From an uncultured Gammaproteobacteria bacterium (GTDB lineage Bacteria; Patescibacteriota; Patescibacteriia; 2-01-FULL-39-33), in contig CAYVUR010000001.1 in NCBI GenBank assembly GCA_964455185.1, forward strand, positions 3,892-67,891: DNA of 64,000 nt, in the 5' to 3' direction. This document shows, piece by piece, positions 9,160 through 18,057 of this stretch. A model generated the notes under the pieces. That model was not told the DNA's origin and searched no databases. It worked only from the letters and a program-made list of their open reading frames with translations. Each line of letters starts with the position of its first letter. Position 1 is the stretch's first letter. The position numbers were made by a program, and so were the translations under genes.

Positions 9160-11919
9160 ATGCCAAAATATCGCCGTTCAGGTTTTTTAAATTTTAGATC
9201 ACGACGTTATCGCCGTGAAATTACCAATTTTTCTTTACCCAAAGTAAATTTTAGTTTTTGGTCAGAATTATCTCCAGAAGTTAAAAAAGGACTCTCTATA
9301 ATTTTTTTATTTGTTTTGGCAATTTTGAGCATATTAGGATTATTTGATTTGTCGGGACAATTTGGGAAATTTATTGCTTATATTTTATCTATAATATTAG
9401 GCAATGCAAAATGGTTAGTACCAATAATTTTAGGAGGTTGGGTCTTTTTCTTGCTTAATGAAGATAAATATCCTATTAAAACTATTAATTTTATTGGTGC
9501 AATATTATTTTTAATTGGTTTAGCTGGTTTAATGCATTTGCGCTTTGATTCTTGGGAAGCGCTTAAACAAGCTAAATTAGGATCTGGCGGAGGTTATTTA
9601 GGCGCTTTTGTAGTTTTACCTTTATTAAGGTTTATGAATTTTTGGGGGGCTTTAGTCATTTGTGTAGCTGTACTTTTAGTTGGTATTTTATTAGCTTTAG
9701 AGACTTCAATTTATGGTTTGATGTGGCCTCTTAAATTAATTAAGTTTTTATGGAGTAAAGTATATGATTTTTATAATTTTATAAAGATTAAAAATCAAGA
9801 GAAAAAATTAAGAGAGATTCCTGAAGAATTAGATGATAATTATGAAGAGGAAACTAATGAAGAAGATTCTGAAATTAATGAAGAAGCATTAGAAGAAAAC
9901 AACAATGAAGAAGATGATTTGCCTCAATTTACTCGTACTCAAGTTAATTTAGGATTTAGAGATCAAGAACCGGAAAAGGAAATTATTAAACCTAAAAAAT
10001 TTGGTAAAAAAATAGATTTACCTCTTAGTTTAGTTAATGCTAAATCTGGCAAACCCACTTCGGGAGATATTAAAAATAATCAAGAAATAATTAGAAAGAC
10101 TTTTGCTAATTTTGGGATTCAAGTAGAAATGGGAGATGTTAATGTTGGACCAACAATTACTCAGTATACTTTACGTCCAGCTGATGGAGTTAAACTTTCA
10201 CGATTAGTGAATCTTAGTCCAGATTTAGCGTTGGCTTTAGCGGCGCATCCAATTCGCATCGAAGCCCCAATTCCGGGAAAATCTTTAGTAGGAGTGGAAA
10301 TTCCCAATCAAATGTCAGCTAAAGTTTCAATGGGAGAAATGCTTTTAAGTAAGGAATTTAAAACACGTGATAATAATTTATCAATTGCTTTAGGTAAGGA
10401 TGTATCAGGCAAAGCCTGTTTTGCCCAATTAGATAAAATGCCACATTTATTAATTGCTGGTGCTACAGGCAGTGGAAAATCAGTTTGCGTCAATTCAATT
10501 ATTGTTAGTTTGCTATATCAAAATAGTCCCGATGAATTAAAATTTATTTTAGTTGATCCGAAACGTGTTGAGTTGCCTCATTACAATAATATTCCTTATT
10601 TATTAACTCCAGTAATTACTGATGTTAAAAAAACCGTGGGAGCATTAAAGTGGTCGATTACAGAAATGGAACGACGCTTTGAATTATTGTCAAAATTAGG
10701 ACATAGAAATATAGCTTCTTATAATAAAACTCACCCCAATGATAAAATGCCATATATTGTTATAGTTATTGATGAATTAGCAGAGTTAATGTCTGCCAAC
10801 CCTAATGATATGGAGGCAGGAATTGTCCGTTTAGCACAAATGGCTCGTGCTGTTGGTATTCATTTAATCTTGGCAACACAAAGACCATCAACCGAAGTTA
10901 TTACTGGTTTAATTAAAGCTAATATTCCCGCTCGTATTGCTTTTGCTGTTGCTTCCTCAATTGATTCTCGCACTATTTTAGATGGTACTGGAGCTGAAAA
11001 ACTTGTTGGTCGTGGTGATATGTTGTTTTTGTCGCCAGATATTTCTAAACCTAAACGTATCCAAGGGGTATTTTTATCTGATCAAGAAATTAATAATGTT
11101 ATTAATTATATTAAAAATCAAGGTGGAGCTGATTATATTGAAGAACTTTCAGGAATGTCAACTAGTATTAATGGTTTTGGTGGCGGAGTTTTTAGTGAAG
11201 ATGATGGAGACCCGCTTTTAAATGAAGCAATAGAAGTAATTCGTCAATCAGGTAAAGCTTCAGCTTCTTTATTACAAAGGCGTTTAAAATTAGGTTATGC
11301 TAGAGCGGCACGTATTCTTGATTTATTAGAAGAGAAAGGTATTATTGGTCCAGCTGATGGAGCTAAGCCACGCGAAGTATTTTTGGATAAGCTTGGTGGA
11401 GTTGGAGTAGTAGAATTTGCTGCACGAGAACATAATTTAACTGGTGAATTGCGTCCTTTAGAAGAAGAAATTAAAGAAGAAGAACCCTCTTTTACAGCTT
11501 TTACTAGAAATGAATTAACAGATGTAGATAATACTGAAATTAATGAGTTAGATAATAAAAATGATAAAGATTTAGAAACAGAAGAAAATTCTTTTTCAGA
11601 CAGTATTACTAATAATTTTGATCAATTATCGCTTAAAGAAACATCAAATTCTAATTTAACTGATTTAACAAATTTAGAAAAAGATAAATTAATCTCGGAA
11701 GTTGATGATATCAAAGAAGTTGAAGAAGAGGCTTTGGAAGAAATTGCTGAAACTCTTGATTTAATAGAAGAAATTAAAGAAGAAGTTGCTGAAAAAACTG
11801 ATAATAATCAAGAACAAGAAATTGAGACACCTCAAAAGTCTCAGATTAAACAAAAAAAAGAATCATCAAAGAATTTGCCAAAGAAAAAAAATTATTTTGA
11901 TGACGAAGAGTGGAGTTAA
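9160..11919 (+). CDS. ftsK: DNA translocase FtsK/SpoIIIE
   Basis: N-terminal TM helices, HLLIAGATGSGKS, IDELAE, LATQRPS, gamma domain ASLLQRRLKLGYARAAR. Confidence 0.97.
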   Translation: MPKYRRSGFLNFRSRRYRREITNFSLPKVNFSFWSELSPEVKKGLSIIFLFVLAILSILGLFDLSGQFGKFIAYILSIILGNAKWLVPIILGGWVFFLLNEDKYPIKTINFIGAILFLIGLAGLMHLRFDSWEALKQAKLGSGGGYLGAFVVLPLLRFMNFWGALVICVAVLLVGILLALETSIYGLMWPLKLIKFLWSKVYDFYNFIKIKNQEKKLREIPEELDDNYEEETNEEDSEINEEALEENNNEEDDLPQFTRTQVNLGFRDQEPEKEIIKPKKFGKKIDLPLSLVNAKSGKPTSGDIKNNQEIIRKTFANFGIQVEMGDVNVGPTITQYTLRPADGVKLSRLVNLSPDLALALAAHPIRIEAPIPGKSLVGVEIPNQMSAKVSMGEMLLSKEFKTRDNNLSIALGKDVSGKACFAQLDKMPHLLIAGATGSGKSVCVNSIIVSLLYQNSPDELKFILVDPKRVELPHYNNIPYLLTPVITDVKKTVGALKWSITEMERRFELLSKLGHRNIASYNKTHPNDKMPYIVIVIDELAELMSANPNDMEAGIVRLAQMARAVGIHLILATQRPSTEVITGLIKANIPARIAFAVASSIDSRTILDGTGAEKLVGRGDMLFLSPDISKPKRIQGVFLSDQEINNVINYIKNQGGADYIEELSGMSTSINGFGGGVFSEDDGDPLLNEAIEVIRQSGKASASLLQRRLKLGYARAARILDLLEEKGIIGPADGAKPREVFLDKLGGVGVVEFAAREHNLTGELRPLEEEIKEEEPSFTAFTRNELTDVDNTEINELDNKNDKDLETEENSFSDSITNNFDQLSLKETSNSNLTDLTNLEKDKLISEVDDIKEVEEEALEEIAETLDLIEEIKEEVAEKTDNNQEQEIETPQKSQIKQKKESSKNLPKKKNYFDDEEWS

Positions 11920-12584
11920 ATTATTTTTTTGTGAATATTTTAATAAAAAATAATCAAATTTCTAATCCTTTAGGAGATCGTCTTAGAGAAGCTAGAGAAT
12001 CTCAAGGAATTAGTTTATCAAAAGCATCTAAAGATTTAGGTATTGCTATTAAATATTTAGAAGCAATTGAAAATAATTGTCCTAATAAATTGCCGGGAGA
12101 AGAATATTTTAATTTTTTTCTTAAGAAGTATTGCCTTTATTTAAAATTGGATTATTTAATCTTAAAAGAATTAATAAATAAAAATTCAGTAAAGACATTA
12201 AATAGTAAATGTAAAAGTACAAATTTTTTTTCTTGGCATAAATTTAATCGATTCTTTTTTTCTTTTTTTGTTGTTGTAGCTTTATTAAGTTTTTTGTTTT
12301 GGAATATTGAAGCTATTTTTCGTCCTCCTGAATTAGAAATTTTTTCTCCTACTGATGGAATTATAACTTTTGAAAGACAATTAAAAGTTGAAGGAAGAAC
12401 AGCTAAAGAAGCTGAAGTTTTTATAAATAATTTTCCTGTATTAGTTGATTCTAATGGAAATTTTAATGCTTTAGTAGACTTGCAAAAAGGTTTGAATTTG
12501 ATTAAAATTAGTGCGAAGAAAAGATATAGTAGACTTTCAATAGTCGAAATTAGAGTTTTGTTTAATGAAATAACAATTGATTAA
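11910..12584 (+). CDS. RodZ-like HTH membrane protein with Ig-like extracellular domain (start may be GTG 11931)
   Basis: LGDRLREARESQGISL...KYLEAIEN, one TM, C-terminal VEGRT...VFIN...GNF...LQKGLNLIKISA; located between ftsK and recA. Confidence 0.75.
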   Translation: MELNYFFVNILIKNNQISNPLGDRLREARESQGISLSKASKDLGIAIKYLEAIENNCPNKLPGEEYFNFFLKKYCLYLKLDYLILKELINKNSVKTLNSKCKSTNFFSWHKFNRFFFSFFVVVALLSFLFWNIEAIFRPPELEIFSPTDGIITFERQLKVEGRTAKEAEVFINNFPVLVDSNGNFNALVDLQKGLNLIKISAKKRYSRLSIVEIRVLFNEITID

Positions 12585-12599
12585 TAATTTAGCTAAATT

Positions 12600-13688
12600 A
12601 TGCCTAAAAAAGCTAATGAGGAGGTAAATGATAAATTTAAAGCCGTAGAATCAGCAATTAATCAGATTAAAGAAAGATTTGGTGATGGATCTATTATGAA
12701 ATTTGGTGAAGCTCGAGCTATGGAAGTTGATGCTATTTCAACTGGGTGTTTATCTTTAGATATTGCTTTGGGAGTTGGGGGAGTGCCTCGTGGCCGTATA
12801 ATTGAAATTTTTGGACCAGAAGCGTCTGGAAAAACTACTTTAGCTCAACATATAGTAGCTGAAGTTCAAAAAGCTGGAGGTGTAGCCGCTTTTATTGATG
12901 CTGAACATGCTCTTGATCCTGATTATGCTAGAAAAATAGGAGTTAATGTTAATGAATTATTTATTTCTCAACCAGATACAGGAGAACAGGCTTTGGAAAT
13001 TGTTGAAACTTTGGTAAGATCTAATGCAGTTGATGTTATTGTAGTTGATTCAGTAGCGGCTTTGGTGCCGAAAGCAGAAATTGAAGGAGATATGGGGGAT
13101 TCTCATATGGGTCTACAAGCTAGATTAATGTCTCAAGCTTTGCGCAAACTTACAGGTTCTATTTCTAAATCAAAAACTGTTTTAATTTTTATTAATCAAA
13201 TTAGACAAAAGATAGGAGTGTTTTTTGGTAATCCAGAAACTACTACTGGAGGTAACGCTTTGAAGTTTTATTGTTCAGTTCGTATTGAAGTGCGTCGAGC
13301 AGCTCAAATTAAACAAGGAGAGAAAAATATTGGTAATCGTGTTAAAGTTAAGGTAGTAAAAAATAAAGTTGCTGCCCCATTTCAAACTTGTGAATTTGAT
13401 ATCATGTATAATGAGGGAATTTCTTTGTCTGGAGATTTATTAGATGTTGGTATTGAAAAAGGAGTAATTAAAAAATCAGGCAATACTTATTCTTATGGCG
13501 AAGAGAAATTGGGAACTGGTAGAGAAAATGTTAAAGCTTACTTAAAATCAAATCCTAGATTAATGACAAAAATTCGTCAACAGATATTAGAAGAGGTAAA
13601 AAGATCCAGAGATGCTGAATTAAAAGCGAATAATCGTATTACTGAAATTGTTAATGATAATGATAGTGAAGTATTAACTGAAGAATAA
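12600..13688 (+). CDS. recA: Recombinase A
   Basis: [42 protein letters not shown]. Confidence 0.99.
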   Translation: MPKKANEEVNDKFKAVESAINQIKERFGDGSIMKFGEARAMEVDAISTGCLSLDIALGVGGVPRGRIIEIFGPEASGKTTLAQHIVAEVQKAGGVAAFIDAEHALDPDYARKIGVNVNELFISQPDTGEQALEIVETLVRSNAVDVIVVDSVAALVPKAEIEGDMGDSHMGLQARLMSQALRKLTGSISKSKTVLIFINQIRQKIGVFFGNPETTTGGNALKFYCSVRIEVRRAAQIKQGEKNIGNRVKVKVVKNKVAAPFQTCEFDIMYNEGISLSGDLLDVGIEKGVIKKSGNTYSYGEEKLGTGRENVKAYLKSNPRLMTKIRQQILEEVKRSRDAELKANNRITEIVNDNDSEVLTEE

Positions 13689-13708
13689 TATAATAATATA
13701 TTTATTTT

Positions 13709-13739
13709 AAAAACTCTCGCTTTAAAGCGAGAGTTTTTT
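13709..13739. terminator. Bidirectional terminator between recA and efp
   Basis: aaaaactctcgcttt-aaagcgagagttttt palindrome between convergent genes. Confidence 0.85.
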
Positions 13740-13749
13740 AGTTTTTTAT

Positions 13750-14319
13750 TTAATTTACTCTTTCAACGTATTCTAGTGTTTCTGTATTAACTCTAATTAT
13801 ATCTCCTTCTTTAATAAATAACGGTACTTGAATGTTTATTCCAGTTTCTAATTCAGCAGTTTTAGTAACACGTCCTTGAGCAGAATTACCTTTATCTCCT
13901 TCGGGAGCTGAAATCACCTTAAGTTCTACTTTAGGCTGTAGAGAAATAGAAACTGGATTGCCATTAAAATACAAAGCATCAACTTTATCTCCTTCTTTCA
14001 TTAAGCCAATTTTATCACCTAAAGAGTCTTTAGGTAAAGCAAATTGTTCAAAATCATCATTAGACATAAAAAACCAATTTTCTCCATCATTATATAAATA
14101 ATCAACTTTTTTTCTCATTAAGTCCGCTTCATCAATTTTATCACCCGGATGAAAATTGATTTGTGCAACTTTACCATTGAGTAGATTACGCATTTTAGTT
14201 TGCATCACTGGTTTGCGCTGTTGCATTCTGACAAAATTAGCTTCAACTACTAGATATGGTTCACCTTCGTATAAGATATTAACGCCTTTTTTAATATCAT
14301 TAAGAGTAGAAATTGCCAT
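13750..14319 (-). CDS. efp: Elongation factor P
   Basis: PEGDKGNSA, KTAELETG, VPLFIKEGDIIRVNT, YVERV. Confidence 0.95.
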   Translation of the reverse strand: MAISTLNDIKKGVNILYEGEPYLVVEANFVRMQQRKPVMQTKMRNLLNGKVAQINFHPGDKIDEADLMRKKVDYLYNDGENWFFMSNDDFEQFALPKDSLGDKIGLMKEGDKVDALYFNGNPVSISLQPKVELKVISAPEGDKGNSAQGRVTKTAELETGINIQVPLFIKEGDIIRVNTETLEYVERVN

Positions 14320-14331
14320 GGTTTTTATTTA

Positions 14332-14565
14332 TTACTTAGTAACAAAAGGAAGTAGGGCCATGATTCTAGCACGTTTAATAGCATTAGATAATTGTCTTTG
14401 ATGTTTAGAACAAACACCGCTTCTTTTTCGTGAAACGATTTTAGAATAAGAGGAAATAAAACGTCTTAATAAATTAACGTTTTTGTAATCAATTTCTTTA
14501 ATATTATTGACGCAGAAAAAACAATATTTTTTTTCTGAGCTAATATTTTTTTTATTATTTACCAT
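14332..14565 (-). CDS. rpsR: 30S ribosomal protein S18 (Zn-binding type)
   Basis: CFFC...[12 protein letters not shown]...[20 protein letters not shown]. Confidence 0.97.
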   Translation of the reverse strand: MVNNKKNISSEKKYCFFCVNNIKEIDYKNVNLLRRFISSYSKIVSRKRSGVCSKHQRQLSNAIKRARIMALLPFVTK

Positions 14566-14577
14566 ATATTTTATTTT

Positions 14578-15051
14578 TTAGAAAGGAATATCTTCAATTT
14601 TTATTTCTTCTTCATCATTAGAAACTATTGGTTCAGTTTGATAAGTCTCATTAATATAAGTAGGAGTTTCAAAATTAGGATTTGATAAATTATTACCACC
14701 ACTACTATTATTAGGTACAACTGATGGCTTAGGTCCTAATTGAATATTTTCAGCTATAATTTCTGTTTTCCAATGTTTAGCACCAGTTTGATCAGTCCAA
14801 CTTCTTGTTTGAATTTTGCCTTCAACCATACAAAGTCTGCCTTTGGCTAAATATTGTCCAACAATATCAGCTAATTTTCCCCAAGCAACAATTGAATGAA
14901 ATTCAGCTTGTTCTTGACGTTCACCTGCTTGATTAGTCCAAACACTATTAGTAGCAATAGTGAAAGAAGCAACTGATTTTCCTGCGGGAGTTTTTCTAAT
15001 CTCAGGATTTTGTGTAAGATTGCCAATAATAATTGCTTTATTGAGATTCAT
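14578..15051 (-). CDS. ssb: Single-stranded DNA-binding protein
   Basis: NKAIIIGNLT, VAWGKLA, C-terminal EDIPF. Confidence 0.97.
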   Translation of the reverse strand: MNLNKAIIIGNLTQNPEIRKTPAGKSVASFTIATNSVWTNQAGERQEQAEFHSIVAWGKLADIVGQYLAKGRLCMVEGKIQTRSWTDQTGAKHWKTEIIAENIQLGPKPSVVPNNSSGGNNLSNPNFETPTYINETYQTEPIVSNDEEEIKIEDIPF

Positions 15052-15106
15052 ATTTTTATAAATTAATGCGGAAATCCGCTTTATTATTTATTTTAATTTT
15101 TTATAA

Positions 15107-15598
15107 TTAAATAATATCTTCACCGCTAAGAATTTCATCTAACTTTTCATCTAAAGGTTTAGTTTCAACTTTTTTTTCTGTTTTTTCTTTGGTATTTATT
15201 TTTTCTTTTTTGGTAGTTTTAATTGAGTCTTTTGAAATTTCTTCTTTAGTTTCTGTTTCTTTAAACTCAGCTTCTTGCTTTTTTTGTTTTTCAATTTCTT
15301 CAAGAGTAATTTTTCTTTTAGCAATTATTTGAGCACGTAAAATTTCTTTATCTAATCTTAAGAAATTGTTAATTTCTTTTATTTTATTACTATCTTCTAA
15401 CTCAAATTCTGTTAAAATATAATAACCATGAGATACTTTATTAATTGGATAAGCTAATTTTCTTTTACCTATTAAATTTTCATAACCAATTATTCCACCA
15501 TAATTTTTAATTACTTTATCAATTTTTTCTTTGATGTTTTTTATTTCATCTTCAGTGTATTGATTAGGAATAATATAGAGCAATTCGTAATTTCTCAT
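15107..15598 (-). CDS. rpsF: 30S ribosomal protein S6 with charged C-terminal tail
   Basis: MRNYELLYII, GKRKLAYPINK; rpsF-ssb-rpsR order. Confidence 0.96.
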   Translation of the reverse strand: MRNYELLYIIPNQYTEDEIKNIKEKIDKVIKNYGGIIGYENLIGKRKLAYPINKVSHGYYILTEFELEDSNKIKEINNFLRLDKEILRAQIIAKRKITLEEIEKQKKQEAEFKETETKEEISKDSIKTTKKEKINTKEKTEKKVETKPLDEKLDEILSGEDII

Positions 15599-15629
15599 AA
15601 TTTAATTGAATTAATTTTATATTTTAATT

Positions 15630-15749
15630 AAAAAAATCCCTAAGGCAGAGCCCGGGAATCCAATATTTTTTAGATTCTTTAGGTTAATGCCTTTTCTTGA
15701 AAACTCTAGGTTTGCAAGATAATCCTCATAATGAGGTGGGAAAGGTTGT
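15630..15749 (-). ncRNA. Candidate structured RNA / rpsF 5' leader
   Basis: GC-enriched intergenic block downstream of a minus-strand TTGACA-17-TAGGAT promoter; four nested stems then poly-U. Confidence 0.5.
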
Positions 15750-15755
15750 ATTTAC

Positions 15756-15784
15756 ATCCTAACTTAATTTATTTTTTTTGTCAA
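15756..15784 (-). promoter_or_regulatory. Sigma70 promoter for leader RNA/rpsF operon
   Basis: Minus strand TTGACA (15784-15779), 17 bp, TAGGAT (15761-15756). Confidence 0.6.
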
Positions 15785-15810
15785 TTATTTATTAATATTT
15801 ATAAAATATA

Positions 15811-15839
15811 TTGACAAAAAATTAAATATATGATATAAT
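15811..15839 (+). promoter_or_regulatory. Perfect consensus sigma70 promoter with no downstream ORF
   Basis: TTGACA-17 bp-TATAAT with TG extension. Confidence 0.55.
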
Positions 15840-15865
15840 AATAAATATAGTAATTAAATAACTTA

Positions 15866-15900
15866 AATAAAAAATCGCTTAAATAAGCGATTTTTTATTT
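15866..15900. terminator. Terminator after rplT (symmetric, potentially bidirectional)
   Basis: aaataaaaaatcgctta-aa-taagcgattttttattt. Confidence 0.85.
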
Positions 15901-15920
15901 ATTTAATAATTTTGTTGCAA

Positions 15921-16277
15921 TTATTTAGTAGCAGTTTTAACTTTTTCAATAATTTTAGCAAAAACTGAAGGATTTTTACTAGCTAATTCTGCTAAAACTT
16001 TACGATCTAATTCAATTTTAGCAGCCTTTAATCCAGCAATAAATTTACTGTAATTTAGATTATAGGCTCTAACAGCGGCATTAAGTTTAATTTGCCATAA
16101 AGCTCTGGCAGTACGTTTTTTCATTTTACGATCTTTATAAGCATTAGCTCCAGCTTTAATAGCAGCAGTTTTAGCTAATTTAATTAATTTTTTACGTCCA
16201 CGTTGAAAACCTTTAGTGGTTTTAAGTAAATTTTTTCTGCGTTTATTATGCATGACACCTCTTTTGACTCTTGGCAT
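15921..16277 (-). CDS. rplT: 50S ribosomal protein L20
   Basis: MPRVKRG, RALWQIKLNAAVR, YSKFIAGLK...LDRKVLAELA. Confidence 0.98.
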   Translation of the reverse strand: MPRVKRGVMHNKRRKNLLKTTKGFQRGRKKLIKLAKTAAIKAGANAYKDRKMKKRTARALWQIKLNAAVRAYNLNYSKFIAGLKAAKIELDRKVLAELASKNPSVFAKIIEKVKTATK

Positions 16278-16304
16278 ATACGATTTAGTATTTATTTATA
16301 AACT

Positions 16305-16499
16305 TTAAGCGCCAATCATCCTGCGGATGTTTTTGGCATCGGCTTTAGAAATAGATTTATCTAATCTTTTTGCTCTTTTTTGTTTGCCAGATTCTCTAGC
16401 ATTAAAATGATCTTGACCAGTAGATCGTTTAATTACTTTTTTCTTTTTAGTAACTTTAAATCTTTTAGCTACTGCTTGTCTAGTTTTTATTTTCGGCAT
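16305..16499 (-). CDS. rpmI: 50S ribosomal protein L35
   Basis: MPKIKTRQAVAKRFKVT; infC-rpmI-rplT order. Confidence 0.96.
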   Translation of the reverse strand: MPKIKTRQAVAKRFKVTKKKKVIKRSTGQDHFNARESGKQKRAKRLDKSISKADAKNIRRMIGA

Positions 16500-16510
16500 A
16501 TCATTTATAT

Positions 16511-17071
16511 TTATAATGAAAGATTTAATGATAATTTTCCTCCTACCAAAGTAATTTCTCCTTCGGTTTTTAAAGTTTTTTCTGAACCTAATTTTTCTTT
16601 AATTTTTTCTACAATTTTTTGAATACTTTGTTTAGCTAATTCAATATGTTGATTTTCGCGTCCTCGTAATTGTAATTCTATCTTAACTTTATCGCCACCT
16701 TCTAAAAATTTAACTCCTTGATTAGCTCTAACTTCCAAATCATGTTCTCCAATACGTAAAGATAATTTAATAATTTTAATTTCAGTAGTTTTTTGTTTAG
16801 CTTTATTTTTCTTTTCTTGTTTTTCTTTTTGATATTTAAAACTACCATAATCAATAAATTTAGCAATCGGAGGATTAGCTTTAGGAAAAACTTCAACTAA
16901 ATCTAGTTCTCTATTTCTAGCTTCTTCTAAGGCTTCTGCTTTAGAAACAATTCCAAGATTATTTCCGTTTTCATCAATTACAACTAATTCCTGAGCTAAA
17001 ATTTGTTCATTAACTCGGAACTCTTTGGAGTTTTCTGATTTTTGATTGTGTCCTCTAAATGATTTACGCAT
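16511..17071 (-). CDS. infC: Translation initiation factor IF-3
   Basis: RVNEQI, LDLVEV.P.ANPPIAK..DYG, IGEHDL, GDKVK...RGRE. Confidence 0.97.
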   Translation of the reverse strand: MRKSFRGHNQKSENSKEFRVNEQILAQELVVIDENGNNLGIVSKAEALEEARNRELDLVEVFPKANPPIAKFIDYGSFKYQKEKQEKKNKAKQKTTEIKIIKLSLRIGEHDLEVRANQGVKFLEGGDKVKIELQLRGRENQHIELAKQSIQKIVEKIKEKLGSEKTLKTEGEITLVGGKLSLNLSL

Positions 17072-17083
17072 TTTATTTAAATG

Positions 17084-17472
17084 TGGAGATGAGGGGTAAT
17101 GAGCCCCTGTCTAAGAATAAAGGGTTTTCTTGGGTTTACAAATTTAGTTGTTTTATATTTTAAGTAATCAATAAGTTAATAAAACAACAAAATACTTATT
17201 GACCCGTCTTTTAAGTTTAACCTTTCAGTTAAAGACAAACTGTAAGGCGATCCTGATGATATAACACTGCTGGCCATTTATCAGGAATCATGGGGCAATG
17301 GCTCTTGGATTAATTAAGCAAGAGCAGGGGCGAAGGTCATGCCGCTGAAAGCGGATTTAACCTTAGCCAAAAAATTGTTGGCATTTCTGCTTTTGACAGA
17401 TTTTTAACGAGATTCTGTCAATCTCGATTTGCCCAATGAAAAATTTATTCTTATCAAAACAAAAACATCCCC
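17084..17472 (-). ncRNA. ssrA: tmRNA; encoded tag ANNFLAKVKSAFSGMTFAPALA* (17382-17314)
   Basis: 5' GGGGATG pairs with 3' CATCTCC-A including a G3:U pair; T-arm AGGGG/CCCCT; tag ORF ending ALA-TAA; directly downstream of smpB. Confidence 0.92.
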
Positions 17473-17534
17473 TTCTTTTGTAAATAAGAAAAAAAAGATT
17501 AGATTAGCAGAGGAAAAGAGGATGTTTGGGAAAA

Positions 17535-17987
17535 TTATTTTTGTTTTAAAGTTCTCTTTATTTCCCTTTGAATCTCTCTTTTTTTAATGATTTCTCTTTT
17601 GTCTATTTTTGTTTTTCCTCTAACTAAAGCAATTTCTACTTTAACTAATCTCCTATTAGTATATAGGGAAATTGGTATAATTGTCAAGCCTTTTTGAGTT
17701 TTTTTACCAATTAAAGCATCTATTTCTTTATGATTTAATAGTAATTTGCGTTTTTTATATGGATTATAATTGTTTTGTTGTCCTTGAGCTGGTTTATAAG
17801 GAGCAATATAAGCATTAACTAACCAAACTTCTTTATTAGAGTCTATTTGAATAAAACTGTTTTTAAGACTAGTTTGTCCTAATTTAATAGCTTTAGTTTC
17901 TGCTCCTGATAAAACAATTCCAGCTTGCCATTTTTCTAAAATCTCATTGTTAAATAATCCTTCTTTGTTAATAATGATTGTTTTCAT
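17535..17987 (-). CDS. smpB: SsrA-binding protein
   Basis: AGIVLSGAETKAI, RKLLLNHKEI, GLTIIP, KVEIALVRGK..IDKRE.IK. Confidence 0.96.
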   Translation of the reverse strand: MKTIIINKEGLFNNEILEKWQAGIVLSGAETKAIKLGQTSLKNSFIQIDSNKEVWLVNAYIAPYKPAQGQQNNYNPYKKRKLLLNHKEIDALIGKKTQKGLTIIPISLYTNRRLVKVEIALVRGKTKIDKREIIKKREIQREIKRTLKQK

Positions 17988-18057
17988 TTTTTTTGCTTCC
18001 TACTTTAATTATTTTTTAGTATAATATAGATTATAAGATTAATAAAGCCGTAAAATT

